Assembly (NCBI GenBank): GCA_020435295.1
Contig: JAGQZV010000002.1
Location: forward strand, 1-49,346
DNA length: 49,346 nucleotides
From: Bdellovibrionales bacterium
GTDB taxonomy: Bacteria > Bdellovibrionota > FAC87 > UBA2466 > JACKAF01
Reading direction: 5' to 3'
In this document: positions 1-8,181 of the stretch, in pieces
Layout of the letters: the number at the start of each line of letters is the position of its first letter
Position numbering within the stretch: position 1 is the stretch's first letter
Position numbers and translations under genes: made by a program
Notes under the pieces: model-generated
Seen by the model: the letters and a program-made list of their open reading frames with translations, nothing else
Databases searched by the model: none
Told to the model about the DNA's origin: nothing

Positions 1-61
1 CGCAGGCGCCCACCTCACTGATACCGTCGTTTTTGGAGATCGCCAGCTGCTACACAAATAA

Positions 62-95
62 AAAGAGGGCTTCGGCTTTCGCCAAAACCCTCTTT
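62..95 (-). terminator. Rho-independent terminator candidate downstream of the 119..1936 gene
   Basis: 8-bp stem AAAGAGGG (62-69) / CCCTCTTT (88-95) with an inner GGC-TTTC-GCC hairpin. On the minus strand the stem runs into TTTTTATTTGTG. It lies about 24 nt after the TAG stop at 119-121. Confidence 0.5.
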
Positions 96-118
96 CAATG
101 TTGACCGACTTAAAGAAA

Positions 119-1936
119 CTATCGGGCAGCGCGACCGGTAGCCGCACGAGCCGATACAGCCGAAGGAATCGTGCTGGTTCGGCCGCCGTACGTGCTCGAC
201 TGGACGCTTACGCTTCCTGATCCCAACCGGAAAGTCGGGGTCGTCGGGACTTGCGTACGCTGCTGCAACCCGCCTGCTGAAACAAAGCTCTGAATATTCG
301 AAGCAAAAGTTCCAGTCTGCGGCTGCTGGCCATACGGGTACCCTCCTGCAGAGTACGGACCGTAGGGGCTAAACCCTTGCGCACCGGCAGGGCCCATCAT
401 CATGCGACGCTGGAATTCCGACTGCGCCAGCATTGAATTTTGCTGCTGCAACTGATTTTGCTGCTGCTGGAGCAGGGTAAAGTTTTCCGTCGGCGCGTTG
501 AACGGCGTCGCACGGTACTGCTGAGCCGCCGAGGACAAGCTGCTATCGTTGCTGCCGTCGTTGTTGCCAAACTGAGGTGGCTGGAACTGCGGCGCCTGAA
601 AGGGCGGAATCTGCTGATTCGGGTCGAACGGAGGTTGTTGATCTCCACCCTGCGGCAACGCTTGTGGCGTAGACGAGACAGGAGGCGCAGTCGGAGGAGC
701 CGAGGAAGCGGGGGGAGCCGCCGCAGCTTTTCCGGCTTTGCCGTTTTGGCCGGGGATCGCTAGTTGTTCATCGTCATCGTTCTGGTCATCCCTGATGTCA
801 TCAAAAAGATCCTGAATCGCGCGCGCAATGTCGTCGTTACGGTTGTCGTCTTCAAGACGTTTGCGCTCAGCTTCTGCTGCAATCTGCGCGGCTAAATCGT
901 CGATGGCCTGCTGGGCACCTGTGTTGGGCAGCACTTGCGGAAGTACCGGGACGCTCGGCTGAGCTCCCAAACCGGCACCAAGACCAAGCGGGCTACCTGA
1001 GCCAGGAGCTGCGGCTTTGGGCTCATTGCCCTTAGCAGGTTCATCCTTTTTAGGCTCATCTTTTTTCGGTTCGTCCTTCTTGGGCTCTTCCTTCTTCGGT
1101 TCGTCCTTCTTGGGCTCTTCCGGCTTAGGAACGCTCGTAAACACACAAGCGTCTTTCTCGGCGTCGGCGAGAGCCTGCATCGAGGACTTCAAAGCTTCGT
1201 CTTCAATCTTGGTGCTCTTGGAAGGCCTGTGCTTGAGGAAGCTGGCCATATCAAGCAAATCTTTGCCAAACTTGGCGTCGTCTTTTTCCTGCGAACGTTT
1301 CACAGAGCTAACGACGCTTTCATTAAGGCCCGTACCTTTCCAGGTAGCAAGCTTCTTGAAAACGTTGTTTTCCGATTCACGGCTGAAAGAAACTTCGACG
1401 GCTTTAGCAAGTTCGGTGAGCTCGGAAAGTTTGTCCGCGTTGATTTTCTTGATGCTAACCTTGTCATCGTCAGCTTTGCCATCCAAATCGACGCCCTTCA
1501 CGCTGGCGTCTTTCAGATCTTGCACGGTCACTTCAGCATCGCTGGGAGACGCGTTAAGGCTGGCAACTACTTCGTCGAGCTTCTTGGAAATTTCCATGAT
1601 GTGTGTGTGCTCGGCTTCGTTCCAACAAAACTCTTGTACCAAGCGACGGTACTCCACCAGACCGGCGAGGCTAGGGCGCAAGCGGGCTTTCAGCTGCTTG
1701 CCCGTAACGAACTTGCCATCTTCAAACGAAAAGACGGCCGTATCACTCCAGCCATCAATCTTCTTGATTAAATCTGTATAAGACCGAACTTTCTCGTCAA
1801 TCTCTTTGGTAAGAGCCGCCCGATCTTTTTCAGGCGCACCAATGTGGGTTTCTTCATCGGCAAGAGCGGCACGATAAGGAAGTCCTGCCATGAGGATTAA
1901 TCCGCAAAGTAACGTCAGTTTCATCACTCGGTTCAT
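119..1936 (-). CDS. Secreted low-complexity protein of unknown function: signal peptide, helical N-domain, EPKK(D/E) spacer, Q/P/G-rich tail
   Basis: Long ORF 119..1990. The start is preferred at internal ATG 1936 (MNRVMKLTLLCGLILMAGLPYRAALA, a classic signal peptide). It has a PKPEEPKKDEPKKEEPKKDEPKKDEPKKDEP repeat block and a C-terminal Gln/Pro/Gly/Tyr-rich region. I recognise no family. Confidence 0.75.
   Translation of the reverse strand: MNRVMKLTLLCGLILMAGLPYRAALADEETHIGAPEKDRAALTKEIDEKVRSYTDLIKKIDGWSDTAVFSFEDGKFVTGKQLKARLRPSLAGLVEYRRLVQEFCWNEAEHTHIMEISKKLDEVVASLNASPSDAEVTVQDLKDASVKGVDLDGKADDDKVSIKKINADKLSELTELAKAVEVSFSRESENNVFKKLATWKGTGLNESVVSSVKRSQEKDDAKFGKDLLDMASFLKHRPSKSTKIEDEALKSSMQALADAEKDACVFTSVPKPEEPKKDEPKKEEPKKDEPKKDEPKKDEPAKGNEPKAAAPGSGSPLGLGAGLGAQPSVPVLPQVLPNTGAQQAIDDLAAQIAAEAERKRLEDDNRNDDIARAIQDLFDDIRDDQNDDDEQLAIPGQNGKAGKAAAAPPASSAPPTAPPVSSTPQALPQGGDQQPPFDPNQQIPPFQAPQFQPPQFGNNDGSNDSSLSSAAQQYRATPFNAPTENFTLLQQQQNQLQQQNSMLAQSEFQRRMMMGPAGAQGFSPYGPYSAGGYPYGQQPQTGTFASNIQSFVSAGGLQQRTQVPTTPTFRLGSGSVSVQSSTYGGRTSTIPSAVSARAATGRAAR
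1065..1124. repeat. 30-bp tandem repeat x2 (28/30 identical) inside the CDS, encoding the EPKKDEPKKE repeat
   Basis: ttcggttcgtccttcttgggctcttccttc (1065-1094) is followed by ttcggttcgtccttcttgggctcttccggc (1095-1124). Degenerate copies lie just upstream (about 1035-1064). Confidence 0.85.
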
Positions 1937-2503
1937 CTGTAACCCCGCTTTCACAAGCTCTCCTTTCAAAGAGCAAAACGTACAAATCAAAAACTACTTC
2001 AGAGTCGCTCAACTAAATTTTTAGCCTTCTGCCGTATCCTCCCCTAGAAAACTCTATTCCACGTGAATACGATGGAGATCGTTTCACACGACGAGTCCTC
2101 TTTGGGACTCACTGCAAGCGGTGTTCCAACAAGCCGGTTTAGGCATGCTCGATCCAGTGGATCCCCGCATCCAATCAGAACACACCCCAAAAAACCGTCA
2201 GCTCTTTGCACACTGCTACCCCGGGTTGCGTCACCGTGCGTCACCGCACGGGCAAAGCCTTTGAAAACACGCGCGGAACACCACTGTCCGACGAGTAGAC
2301 GCTCCGGTGACGTTTTGCGTCGCCCTTCAAAAATAGCGTAATATCAATGGCTTCTTCTGCGCCCCGTGGGGCTTGGGACAGCATGATGCGTAGCGTTAGT
2401 AATTTGACTGCGCGCCGATTCTGTGACAAAAGCGAGAGTTCTGTGAGGAATTTCCGGCGCGTCGCCGATTATTTCCGGAACGGAAACTTGGTGCTATAAC
2501 CGT

Positions 2504-3391
2504 ATGATGGATCAGAGACCCACAACGTCGGAAACCATTCCGACCATCTCCGCGCTTGCTGCCCAGAGCCCCACCATGCGCGAGATGCTGGAGCCTCAGG
2601 GCAATGCGTCCTCCAAGATAAACGACAAACGAATCCGCCGACTTTACTTGCAGGCCACTTCTCAGCAGTGGTTCGCGCCGACACGCATCCATTTCGACGA
2701 AGGCAGCGTCAATCTCGAACAAATGGATCCAGAAAAAAAACGTATCCTGATTAAGTTCAACCGCATCTTCTACACGCTCGAAAAAATGGGGCTTACGACG
2801 ATCCAGTTCATGATGCCCAAAGCGGTCAATAAGTTAAAAAGTCAGGAAGCAGAGCTGTACCTTTCTTGCCAAGGCTTTGATGAGGCCCGGCACGTTTTCA
2901 CCATTGAAGCGTACTTGCGGAAACTTGGCGCGCCACCGGTATACGATCGCAAGCTGCATAAATTTTCCCAAATCGCGTCCGGCGGTCCTTATCGGGTGGA
3001 GAACTGGCTTTTTTCTACACTGTTTTCCGAAAATTTTGCGTCGACTTTTCTTCGCCTCTATAAGGCAGCTGAGCCGGATCCTATAGGGGTGGAAATGTGC
3101 CGACAACTGCTCGTCGATGAAAGCCGGCATCTGCATTTTTTGCACAACGTACTCCCTGACATTTTGGACCGCCTATCGATTTTTGGCCGTACATACGTAA
3201 AAGCTTCGCAGTATTTCATCATGAAACTTACTGAATCAATTTCGCGAACCCTCACAGAAGAGGGGGCGTACGTGGGTATTGATCGTCGCACGCTCTTAGA
3301 AGAGGCCTTCGAAAACGTAGAGCGCGCATACGAAAAATTTGGGGTAACGAGAGACTTCCTTTGGTTTCCCAACATTAAAACCCAACATTAA
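2504..3391 (+). CDS. Ferritin-like dimetal-carboxylate protein, RNR-R2 superfamily (R2-like ligand-binding oxidase-like)
   Basis: Two half-motifs are present: E-x33-ExxH (TLEKMG...FDEARH) and E-x29-ExxH (FSENFA...VDESRH). The N-terminal QWFAPTRIHFDEG...MDPEKK pattern resembles R2/R2lox (W.P..IDF...ER). No RNR large subunit is nearby. The start codon is uncertain (alternative ATG at 2576). Confidence 0.7.
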   Translation: MMDQRPTTSETIPTISALAAQSPTMREMLEPQGNASSKINDKRIRRLYLQATSQQWFAPTRIHFDEGSVNLEQMDPEKKRILIKFNRIFYTLEKMGLTTIQFMMPKAVNKLKSQEAELYLSCQGFDEARHVFTIEAYLRKLGAPPVYDRKLHKFSQIASGGPYRVENWLFSTLFSENFASTFLRLYKAAEPDPIGVEMCRQLLVDESRHLHFLHNVLPDILDRLSIFGRTYVKASQYFIMKLTESISRTLTEEGAYVGIDRRTLLEEAFENVERAYEKFGVTRDFLWFPNIKTQH

Positions 3392-3399
3392 GCGGTAGA

Positions 3400-4248
3400 A
3401 TGGGAACAAAACTATCGACCAGTATTTGTGGAGACGCGCTCGAGGTACTCGCAAACTTGCCCACAGCAAGTGTGGATGCTTGCATCACCGATCCTCCTTA
3501 TAACATGAGCAAAAAGAAAGGCCTTAGCTGGGCTTTCTCTTCGCACGTTACCATGCAGGAAATCTGGGACCGCTTCTCTAAAGACGAGTTCGCCGATTTT
3601 ACGATTAGGTGGCTCAAAGAAGTGTTTCGTGTCGTTAAGCCAAACGGCAACCTCCTGGTATTCGGGACCTATCACAACATCTACCTGACGGGATTCTTGA
3701 TGGGAGAGATGGATCGCAAAGTCCTCAACAGCATTGTGTGGTCCAAACCCAACGCCCAACCCAATATCACATGCCGCATGCTGACCGAAAGCACCGAGCA
3801 AGTCGTTTGGGCGTGCAACGAAAGCCCCAAAAAAGCGACCGGCTGGACCTTCAACTACCAGGACGGCAAAGCGATGAACGGGGGCAAACAGCTCCGAAAT
3901 CATTGGGTTTATCCCGTGACCCCCAAGAGCGAGCGCGTTGCGGGCCACCCCACTCAGAAGCCACTTCAGCTGATGGAACGGCTCATCCAACTGTTCACCA
4001 ACAAGGGCGATATGGTATTGGATCCCTTTGCGGGCGTGGGCACCACCGGTGTTGCCGCGCTTAAGCATGGTAGACGTTGCGTACTCATCGAGCGCCAATC
4101 CCCATATGTACGCGCGCAAAAAAAGAGGTTCAGTCTGGCGGGCTTAAGCCGAATTGAGTTTAAAAGCCAAAAAAGCCAGAAGCGTTCAGGGGCCCAGCCA
4201 GCCCCGTCCCGAAGGGAAAGAAATGGGCGATCGCACGCTACGTTATAA
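3400..4248 (+). CDS. Beta-class (motif IV before motif I) N6-adenine/N4-cytosine DNA methyltransferase, CcrM/M.HinfI-like core, orphan
   Basis: Motifs: DPPY (ITDPPYNM) near the N-terminus, HPTQKPLQLMERLI, and FxGxG (DPFAGVGTTGVAA) near the C-terminus. The overall layout matches the PF01555-type CcrM core but lacks the CcrM C-terminal domain. No adjacent endonuclease ORF. Confidence 0.88.
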   Translation: MGTKLSTSICGDALEVLANLPTASVDACITDPPYNMSKKKGLSWAFSSHVTMQEIWDRFSKDEFADFTIRWLKEVFRVVKPNGNLLVFGTYHNIYLTGFLMGEMDRKVLNSIVWSKPNAQPNITCRMLTESTEQVVWACNESPKKATGWTFNYQDGKAMNGGKQLRNHWVYPVTPKSERVAGHPTQKPLQLMERLIQLFTNKGDMVLDPFAGVGTTGVAALKHGRRCVLIERQSPYVRAQKKRFSLAGLSRIEFKSQKSQKRSGAQPAPSRRERNGRSHATL

Positions 4249-4465
4249 AGACAATGTGGAGGGCCGATGGTACACGGATCAAAAGTGTATCCTCTGCAGC
4301 GTATGCGCCGAGCTGGCCCCGGCCAATTTTCGCGAAGCGCAAACAAACGATCATGATATCGTATACAAACAACCCGCCGGCGAAACGGAAGAACTGCAAT
4401 GCCTCGAGGCCCTCGAGGCGTGTCCCGTTGAAGCAATCGGGAATGACGGAGCCACACAGCGGTGA
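4223..4465 (+). CDS. Small single-cluster ferredoxin ([4Fe-4S]/[3Fe-4S] type)
   Basis: CILCSVC...CP cluster motif (CxxCxxC...CP). The start is preferred at ATG 4223, preceded by AAGGGAAAG. The ORF-track start at 4154 would lie deep inside the methyltransferase gene. It overlaps the methyltransferase 3' end by 26 nt, and its TGA overlaps the next gene's GTG start. Confidence 0.7.
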   Translation: MGDRTLRYKDNVEGRWYTDQKCILCSVCAELAPANFREAQTNDHDIVYKQPAGETEELQCLEALEACPVEAIGNDGATQR

Positions 4466-5625
4466 GCCGAGAGAAAAAAAAACCCGCGATTTTGGTAGCG
4501 CTCAATCCCTTCAAGGGGACACTCAGTAATGAACAAGCCTGCCAGATCGTGGCTGAAACACTAAAGCCCCGATTTGAAACTTCTATTCTTCCCATGGGCG
4601 ACGGTGGGCGCGGCACACTGTTCGCCGTACGAGCGGCATTGGGTGGCGAAGTGTTTGAGTTTGAAGCCAAAACACCCATGGGCAAGCCAACCAAGGCGCA
4701 TGTACTGGCGATGCCCGGCCTGCATAACCCTACCTCTCTATATATAGAAAGCGCTGAGGTTTGCGGCCTCCACCTAGTACCGGACTCGGAACGCGACGTC
4801 ATGCGAGCGAGTTCCCATTCACTAGGCACACTTTTGCTTGATGTCTTGCAAAAGTGGCCGCAGGTAAAACGTATTTATGTCGGACTAGGTGATTCGGCCA
4901 CGGCCGATGCCGGTATGGGAATGCTCGATGCGTTTGGATTCAAGTTCACCGATAACGCCGGAAAACCCATTTGGGGAAACGGGAATGGCTTGCGATGGAT
5001 AGAACATATCATCCCGCCCAAAACGCTTGTCGCTTCGAATGTGGAATTTACGATTCTCTGTGACGTGCTAAATCCACTTTGTGGTCCCGACGGCAGCGCG
5101 CGCGTTTTTTCTCGCCAAAAGGGCGCTGGCGAAGGTCAGGTGGCGTTACTGGAACAAGGCATGGAGAATTTCGCGACCCGCGCCTACGAAATCCTGCAGC
5201 AGAATATCAAGCTCGAACCGATGACGGGTGCCGCGGGAGGCATCGCCGCCGCTTTTCGCGCATTCTTCCGGGCGCGGCTTGTTCAAGGAGCGCAGTTCCT
5301 ACTGGACTGGCTGCACTTTGACGACGTAGTAAAAGCCCACCAAGTTGTGATCACAGGAGAGGGTCGAACGGATTCGCAAACCTTTTCGGGAAAAGCCCCT
5401 TACGAAGTCGTCCGACGGGCCAGTTCGGCCGGAGTAAAATCCGTAGTGGTGTCGGGGAGTTTGGGCAAAGGGCTAAAAGCGCTCACCGACATGCCATCGG
5501 TTCTGGGTTGCTTCGCTACAGCGAGCGAGGGGAGCGCGCAAGCTCCTGACGTAGCACTTCGAGAAAAAGTTTCCGAAATCTTTTCGGATCCAGAATTCTT
5601 AAAAAAATCCAATTTAGGGATCTAG
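4462..5625 (+). CDS. glxK: Glycerate kinase (GlxK/GarK family)
   Basis: Family signatures PMGDGGRGT and VITGEGRTDSQTFSGKAP, at typical length. The GTG start overlaps the ferredoxin stop (GTGA). Confidence 0.85.
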   Translation: MSREKKKPAILVALNPFKGTLSNEQACQIVAETLKPRFETSILPMGDGGRGTLFAVRAALGGEVFEFEAKTPMGKPTKAHVLAMPGLHNPTSLYIESAEVCGLHLVPDSERDVMRASSHSLGTLLLDVLQKWPQVKRIYVGLGDSATADAGMGMLDAFGFKFTDNAGKPIWGNGNGLRWIEHIIPPKTLVASNVEFTILCDVLNPLCGPDGSARVFSRQKGAGEGQVALLEQGMENFATRAYEILQQNIKLEPMTGAAGGIAAAFRAFFRARLVQGAQFLLDWLHFDDVVKAHQVVITGEGRTDSQTFSGKAPYEVVRRASSAGVKSVVVSGSLGKGLKALTDMPSVLGCFATASEGSAQAPDVALREKVSEIFSDPEFLKKSNLGI

Positions 5626-5638
5626 CCAAAATGCCGCA

Positions 5639-6064
5639 CTACTTGTCTTCTGGCATGGGTTCTTCAGAGGGTATTTCCGGTGCTGATCCAGACTCTGTTT
5701 CGGTGGTGGCCATTGGTTCAACGTTTTTTCCGATTCCCTGGTAGAGAATCGAACGCAGGGTCCAGCTCTCTGCCTTTTGACCGGCTTCTTCTTTGTCCAC
5801 CATAAAGATGGTTTCCCACGGGCAGTACTTGGAACAAAGGCGGCAACCAATGCATCGATCGAGATCCACCTCTACCACGCGCATAAAGTCGGGCGCTTGC
5901 CGATCTTCACCAGGAACCTGTTCGATGCAGTCGACCGGGCAAAATGGAATGCACGCGTGGCAACCTGTACAGCCCTTTTGATCGATAACCGCCAATACTT
6001 TGGGGGTCTTGGTCTTGCGCTCCGGCTTTCCTAGCGATGGGTTCTCTAATTTCTTCTCAAACAT
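5639..6064 (-). CDS. 2x[4Fe-4S] ferredoxin-domain protein with an acidic C-terminal tail
   Basis: Two CxxCxxCxxxCP motifs (CTGCHACIPFCP, CIGCRLCSKYCP). The start is preferred at ATG 6064 (MFEKK...), which overlaps the lipB stop by 8 nt. The ORF-track start at 6130 would overlap lipB by 74 nt. Confidence 0.75.
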   Translation of the reverse strand: MFEKKLENPSLGKPERKTKTPKVLAVIDQKGCTGCHACIPFCPVDCIEQVPGEDRQAPDFMRVVEVDLDRCIGCRLCSKYCPWETIFMVDKEEAGQKAESWTLRSILYQGIGKNVEPMATTETESGSAPEIPSEEPMPEDK

Positions 6065-6731
6065 AGGCTGTACTTCCCAAATCCGTAGTTTCCCAAAAAG
6101 GTTGCCCGCCCATCCAAGAAAAGGAGGCAAATTCCTGCCGAACCGCAGCCTTCACCGCATCCATCGGGGGACAATGCGCTTTGCCCAATGACTGTAGCAT
6201 AGAAGTCATCACCCGGCTGTCAAATCCGCAGGGTTGGATCCGCTGAAAGCCCGAAAGGTCATTGCAGACGTTGAGGGCAAACCCGTGATAGGTCACCCAT
6301 CCGGAAACCGCAACGCCAATGCTTGCGATTTTGCGCGCACCTTCCTCTACCCAGACTCCGGTTGCCCCTTCGCGCCGCCCGGCCGCTATTCCAAATTGCA
6401 TGAGAACCGCGATGAGCCGGTCCTCTAGCCAACGCAAGTAACGGTGCAAATCCCGGTGACCCGGCTCCATGCGTAAGATGGGGTAGCCCACGAGCTGACC
6501 GGGGTTGTGATACGTCGCTTGACCGCCTCGCTCGATTTCAACGGCGTTGTTGGGAATTTCCTCAGGTTTGCTCTTGCGCCCGTGCGTGTACACTTCGGGG
6601 TGCTCCAATAGCAGCAAGTAGTCGGGCAAATGCTCGTCGCTCCGCTTAGCGGCCACAAGCTGCTTTTGCTCGTCGTACGCGGCTTCGTACGCGATTAGCC
6701 CCAAATCCCTGATGACAAGGGGGCGTGTCAC
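6057..6731 (-). CDS. lipB: Octanoyltransferase LipB
   Basis: LLLEHPEVYTHG, RGGQATYHNPGQLVGYP and KIASIGVAV (catalytic Lys region). It starts directly after the lpd stop with a 0-nt gap. Confidence 0.92.
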   Translation of the reverse strand: MTRPLVIRDLGLIAYEAAYDEQKQLVAAKRSDEHLPDYLLLLEHPEVYTHGRKSKPEEIPNNAVEIERGGQATYHNPGQLVGYPILRMEPGHRDLHRYLRWLEDRLIAVLMQFGIAAGRREGATGVWVEEGARKIASIGVAVSGWVTYHGFALNVCNDLSGFQRIQPCGFDSRVMTSMLQSLGKAHCPPMDAVKAAVRQEFASFSWMGGQPFWETTDLGSTAYV

Positions 6732-8156
6732 CTAGCGGCTCCTCCTCGGGACGTTCGCGGTATGAATCGCCTTCAAGTAGGCCGCTTCCACCGCTTCCGG
6801 GAAAGCCTCCGGTAGCGTCGGGTGGGTGTGGATGGTGCGCACAATGTCCTCTGCACAAGCGCCCATTTCTACTGCTAGCGCGGCTTCCGCAATCAAGTTG
6901 GAAACTTCCGGTCCCACCATGTGTACTCCAACAATGGATTCGTCTTTTTCATTGATGAGCACTTTTACAAACCCGTCCGTCTCATTTGTGCTGAGCGCTC
7001 TGCCCGAAGCCGCGAACGGAAACCGCCCCACCTTGAAAGCAATTCCACGCTCGGTGGCTTCTTTTTCGCTCAGACCGCAAACGGCAATCTCAGGATCCGA
7101 GAACACCGCCCAGGGAACCGTACGGTAATCCCGGTAGGCCTTTTCCCCTTTTATGGTGGATGCGACAAGTAGCCCGTCCATAGACGCACGGTGGGCAAGC
7201 TGCGGGGGGCCTGTAACATCTCCGATGGCATAAATACCGACGACATTGGTACGTCCTAAGTTGTCCGTCTTGATGTTGCCCCGACTGTCTAACTGCACTC
7301 CCACCTTCTCCAGACCCAGATCTTCGGAGTTAGGTTTGCGACCTATGGACACAAGCACCACATCGGCCTCGAGTGATTCTGCTTTTCCGTTTTTCTCCAC
7401 TTTCAGATGCAGAGTGGACGCGCTCGCGGGATCCGTTTCCTCAAAGCCTTTAGCGAACGTGCTGGTATGCAAGGTCATACCCATCTTTTTCATCTTGCGC
7501 TCCACAACACCTACTAGATCTTTGTCAATGCTTGGCAAAATCTGCTCTAGGGCTTCCACTATGTGGACCTCGCTGCCGAGCTTTGCATAGGCCATACCAA
7601 TTTCCACACCAATAAACCCACCGCCAATGATAACGAGTCGCTTGGGAAGCGTTTTTAAATCCAGTGCCTCTGTCGACGATATAACATTTTTCCCGTTCAT
7701 GGGAAGAAAGGGTAGAGTAAGATTTCTGGAACCGGTAGCAACGACGAAATTGGAGGCGGTCACCTGTGTATCACCCTCACCGGAACGCACCCCTAGCGTA
7801 CTCTTATCTTTAAAGAAGGCATTTCCGCGAATGAGATCAACTTTGTTCGCTTTGAGTAACTGGCCGACACCGCCCGTGAGCTTTTTTACGACACCAGACT
7901 TCCACTCCTGCATTTTTCCTAGGTCACACTTTGGATCACTTACCGTAATCCCCATTTTTTCGGCTTCATTCTGAATTTTCCAAAACGTCCCCGCAGCGTG
8001 AATCAGCGCCTTAGAGGGAATGCACCCTACATTCAGGCAAACGCCTCCAACTTGGTCTTTTTCGACGATAGCCGTCTTGAGTCCCAGTTGTCCCAAGCGG
8101 ATCGCGCAAACATAACCACCTGGGCCAGCCCCTATCACTACTGCATCGTATTTCAT
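6732..8156 (-). CDS. lpdA: Dihydrolipoyl dehydrogenase (E3)
   Basis: GAGPGGY FAD motif, redox disulfide CLNVGCIPSK, and C-terminal HTHPTLPE. Confidence 0.95.
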   Translation of the reverse strand: MKYDAVVIGAGPGGYVCAIRLGQLGLKTAIVEKDQVGGVCLNVGCIPSKALIHAAGTFWKIQNEAEKMGITVSDPKCDLGKMQEWKSGVVKKLTGGVGQLLKANKVDLIRGNAFFKDKSTLGVRSGEGDTQVTASNFVVATGSRNLTLPFLPMNGKNVISSTEALDLKTLPKRLVIIGGGFIGVEIGMAYAKLGSEVHIVEALEQILPSIDKDLVGVVERKMKKMGMTLHTSTFAKGFEETDPASASTLHLKVEKNGKAESLEADVVLVSIGRKPNSEDLGLEKVGVQLDSRGNIKTDNLGRTNVVGIYAIGDVTGPPQLAHRASMDGLLVASTIKGEKAYRDYRTVPWAVFSDPEIAVCGLSEKEATERGIAFKVGRFPFAASGRALSTNETDGFVKVLINEKDESIVGVHMVGPEVSNLIAEAALAVEMGACAEDIVRTIHTHPTLPEAFPEAVEAAYLKAIHTANVPRRSR

Positions 8157-8181
8157 GCTTCCCTCTTACAGCAAAAAGCGT

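Noticed and set aside
2-61. Possible 3' end of a plus-strand gene (…AGAHLTDTVVFGDRQLLHK*) ending at TAA 59-61, just before the hairpin
   Set aside because: Only 19 codons are visible, which is too little to distinguish coding from non-coding.
1017-1781. Plus-strand ORFs of 254 aa and 180 aa (1017..1781 and 1229..1771), antisense to the secreted-protein gene
   Set aside because: They lie entirely inside a better-supported minus-strand CDS. Their Ser/Leu/Phe-rich low-complexity translation is typical of the reverse frame of a Lys/Glu-rich gene. No motifs or start context support them.
2055-2070. parS-like sequence TATTCCACGTGAATAC, which shares the central 11-mer TTCCACGTGAA with parS
   Set aside because: It matches only 12/16 positions, with three mismatches in one outer arm. 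It is about 22 kb from the real cluster. It is unlikely to be a functional ParB site without experimental support.
2044-2503. Possible cobalamin or other riboswitch upstream of the R2-like gene (RNR genes are often B12-regulated)
   Set aside because: I could not find a B12-box or other conserved riboswitch core by eye. An Infernal scan is needed, so no riboswitch feature is reported.
3412-4829. Minus-strand ORFs of 235 aa (3412..4119) and 287 aa (3966..4829) opposite the methyltransferase, ferredoxin and glycerate kinase. These were considered as a possible hidden restriction endonuclease.
   Set aside because: Their Arg/Pro/Gly/Ser-rich composition fits shadow frames of well-supported plus-strand genes. 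They have no nuclease (PD-(D/E)xK, HNH, GIY-YIG) motif.
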